Positions 39,042-40,788 of a stretch of DNA of 40,788 bases are shown piece after piece. Numbering within the stretch: position 1 is the first letter of the stretch; each line of letters begins with the position of its first letter. Source of the stretch: a bacterium. GTDB lineage: Bacteria; Patescibacteriota; Andersenbacteria; UBA10190. Both the position numbers and the translations under genes were made by a program. The stretch covers positions 1-40,788 of the forward strand of contig NZCO01000017.1 in assembly GCA_002686445.1 (NCBI GenBank), written 5' to 3'. The notes below the pieces were generated by a model. The model saw only the letters and a program-made list of their open reading frames with translations. It had not been told where the DNA came from and did not search any database.

Positions 39042-40788
39042 TTATTTAGCGCGCTTACGCTCGTGTTTCACTAGATGCTTTTTTCGTAATCGCAGATTTT
39101 CTGGCGTTACCTCAAGTAATTCGTCATCGCCGAGATATTCAATAGCTTCCTCTAAGCTAAATTCTCGCGGGGAATGCAGCACTTCAGTGTGATCACTGCC
39201 AGATGCCCGCATATTCGTAAGCTTCTTTTCCTTACAGATGTTCACATCAATATCTTCGGGTCGAGAATGTTGTCCGACAATCATGCCTTCATACACCTGA
39301 ACGCCCGGTTTGATAAACATGGTGCCGCGATTTTGTGCAGCTACCAGACCGTAGTGCGTGCTTGGGCCCGCTTCGTGCGCGATCAACGATCCGTGCGGCT
39401 GCACTTCAATGTCACCGAGATACGGTAGGTAGTCATGAAAGAGCGTACTCATAATGCCTTCACCTCTGGTGTCCGTGAGAAACTCCGAGCGGTATCCGAT
39501 AAGACCGCGAGTAGAAACCAAGAAATGCATCAAAGAGACCGAGCCATCTACGTTCATGTCTTTCATCTCGCCCTTCCGTTTACCCATTTTCTCGATCACT
39601 GCGCCCGATACTGCTTCCGGACATTCAATGTATACATCTTCAAACGGCTCGTGCTTTTTACCATCAATATCTTTAAAGATTACCTGCGGTCGTCCTACTT
39701 GGAATTCATATCCCTCACGTAACATTTTTTCTATCAAAATAGAGATGTGCAGTTCACCTCGTCCGAAGACCGTAAACGCAGAATCATTCGCTTCACTAGC
39801 CTCGACCTTCAAGGCGACATCCGACAACACTTCGCGCTCCAGTCGCGCTTGCAGATGACGTGACGTTGAAAACTTTCCTTCTTGGCCAGCGAACGGCGAC
39901 GTATTAACGCTAAACGCCATCTTCACTGTCGGTTCATCAATCTTTAACACTGGCAGCTGCTTTGGCTCATCAGCATCCGCAATCGTCTCACCAATTTTGA
40001 TTTCCTCAAGCCCTGCCACTGCCACAATATCGCCAGCGGAAACTTCATCAGCTTCAGCGCGACCAAGTCCATCAAAGGTCATCACGTTCGAAACTTTTCC
40101 GGTGGCGACAGTACCGTCAGCCAGAATCCGCGCCACGGTTTGGCCCTTGGTAATGGTGCCGCTTACTAGTGGTCCAATTGCAATCTGTCCCTTATATGAA
40201 TCGTGCGTCACGTTTACTACTAACATTTGCATTGGCCCGGTCCCTATTACCGGCTCAGGGATATACTCAAGAATGGCGTCAAATACCGGGGTGATATCTT
40301 TCATCTCGGAAAGGTCGGGCTCTGTCCCCGCCTTGCCTGAAATAGCTGACGCGTACAGGACTGGAAAGTCCGCTTGTTCGTCAGTGGCTCCTAAGTCAGC
40401 AAATAAGCTAAAGGTCTGGTCTAACACCCACTGCACCCGAGCTTCTGGCACGTCGATCTTATTAATAACGACTATTACTTTGTGTCCTTTTTCCAAGGCT
40501 TTCTTTAATACAAACTTCGTCTGTGGCATTGGACCATCCTTGGCATCAACGAGCAGCAATACACCACTAGCCATGGTCATAATGCGCTCCACCTCGCCAC
40601 CGAAATCGGCGTGACCTGGCGTATCAATAATGTTTATCTTCGTGCCCTGGTACTGCACCGAAGCATTCTTGGAAAAAATAGTAATACCACGCTCGCGCTC
40701 CAGATCATTCGAATCCATGATCAAATTCGCCGATTCGTCTTTAACGCGAAAAGACTCCGATTGACGTAGTAGGGCGTCCACTAAAGTG
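39042..40788 (-). CDS. typA: translational GTPase TypA/BipA (N-terminus beyond window edge)
   Basis: DTPGHADFGGEVER, NKID, and EF-G-like domains II, III and V plus a BipA C-terminal domain. The reading frame continues past 40788, where the G1 P-loop would lie outside the window. Confidence 0.92.
   Translation of the reverse strand, partial: TLVDALLRQSESFRVKDESANLIMDSNDLERERGITIFSKNASVQYQGTKINIIDTPGHADFGGEVERIMTMASGVLLLVDAKDGPMPQTKFVLKKALEKGHKVIVVINKIDVPEARVQWVLDQTFSLFADLGATDEQADFPVLYASAISGKAGTEPDLSEMKDITPVFDAILEYIPEPVIGTGPMQMLVVNVTHDSYKGQIAIGPLVSGTITKGQTVARILADGTVATGKVSNVMTFDGLGRAEADEVSAGDIVAVAGLEEIKIGETIADADEPKQLPVLKIDEPTVKMAFSVNTSPFAGQEGKFSTSRHLQARLEREVLSDVALKVEASEANDSAFTVFGRGELHISILIEKMLREGYEFQVGRPQVIFKDIDGKKHEPFEDVYIECPEAVSGAVIEKMGKRKGEMKDMNVDGSVSLMHFLVSTRGLIGYRSEFLTDTRGEGIMSTLFHDYLPYLGDIEVQPHGSLIAHEAGPSTHYGLVAAQNRGTMFIKPGVQVYEGMIVGQHSRPEDIDVNICKEKKLTNMRASGSDHTEVLHSPREFSLEEAIEYLGDDELLEVTPENLRLRKKHLVKHERKRAK

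Noticed and set aside
1-40788. CRISPR arrays, tandem repeats, transposases, integrases, prophage genes and stop-codon reassignment.
   Set aside because: I saw no regularly spaced direct repeats and no recombinase or transposase motifs. The long ORFs are uninterrupted under the standard code, so nothing suggests TGA or TAG recoding. The only repeat-like element is the nested IR at 23474..23638, reported separately.

Overview
This is a gene-dense 40.8-kb chromosomal segment with about 48 CDS, roughly three quarters of them on the minus strand. I recognised no rRNA, tRNA, CRISPR array, transposase or integrase. All calls come from reading motifs in the translated ORFs and the DNA; no database search was run.

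Housekeeping genes:
- Oxidative pentose-phosphate genes zwf and a short-type gnd
- A short malic enzyme, glutamate dehydrogenase and a PurF-like amidophosphoribosyltransferase
- lgt, an MscS channel and a beta-CASP MBL ribonuclease
- A UvrD-type helicase fused to a PD-(D/E)XK nuclease
- typA/BipA, cut by the right window edge
- A run of oxidoreductases: Gfo/Idh/MocA (cut by the left edge), AKR and SDR

Three separate extracytoplasmic thiol-redox modules stand out:
- VKOR+DsbA at 3.6-4.6 kb
- DsbA+cupredoxin at 13.6-14.9 kb
- An ArsR-headed operon at 22.6-26.2 kb encoding DUF3179, two TlpA-like thioredoxins and CcdA

A palindromic TTAAG-N6-CTTAA motif sits at the arsR promoter, the dsbA-cupredoxin promoter and the mscS 5' end. 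This suggests one regulon.

Other points:
- At least 12 genes have a TAnnnT or TGnTAnnnT -10 element exactly 6-7 nt upstream of the ATG, which implies leaderless mRNAs.
- A NeuB-SAF-TIM-barrel fusion protein is present.
- An orphan 278-aa protein between zwf and gnd has a Gln-rich tail resembling sigma-54 region I.
- A self-contained two-gene orphan cassette lies at 19.0-19.9 kb.
- Several intergenic regions are structured.
- Many genes encode very small membrane proteins.

Gene content and style suggest a small-genome, Patescibacteria/Saccharibacteria-like or Actinobacteria-related organism. That is a low-confidence inference.
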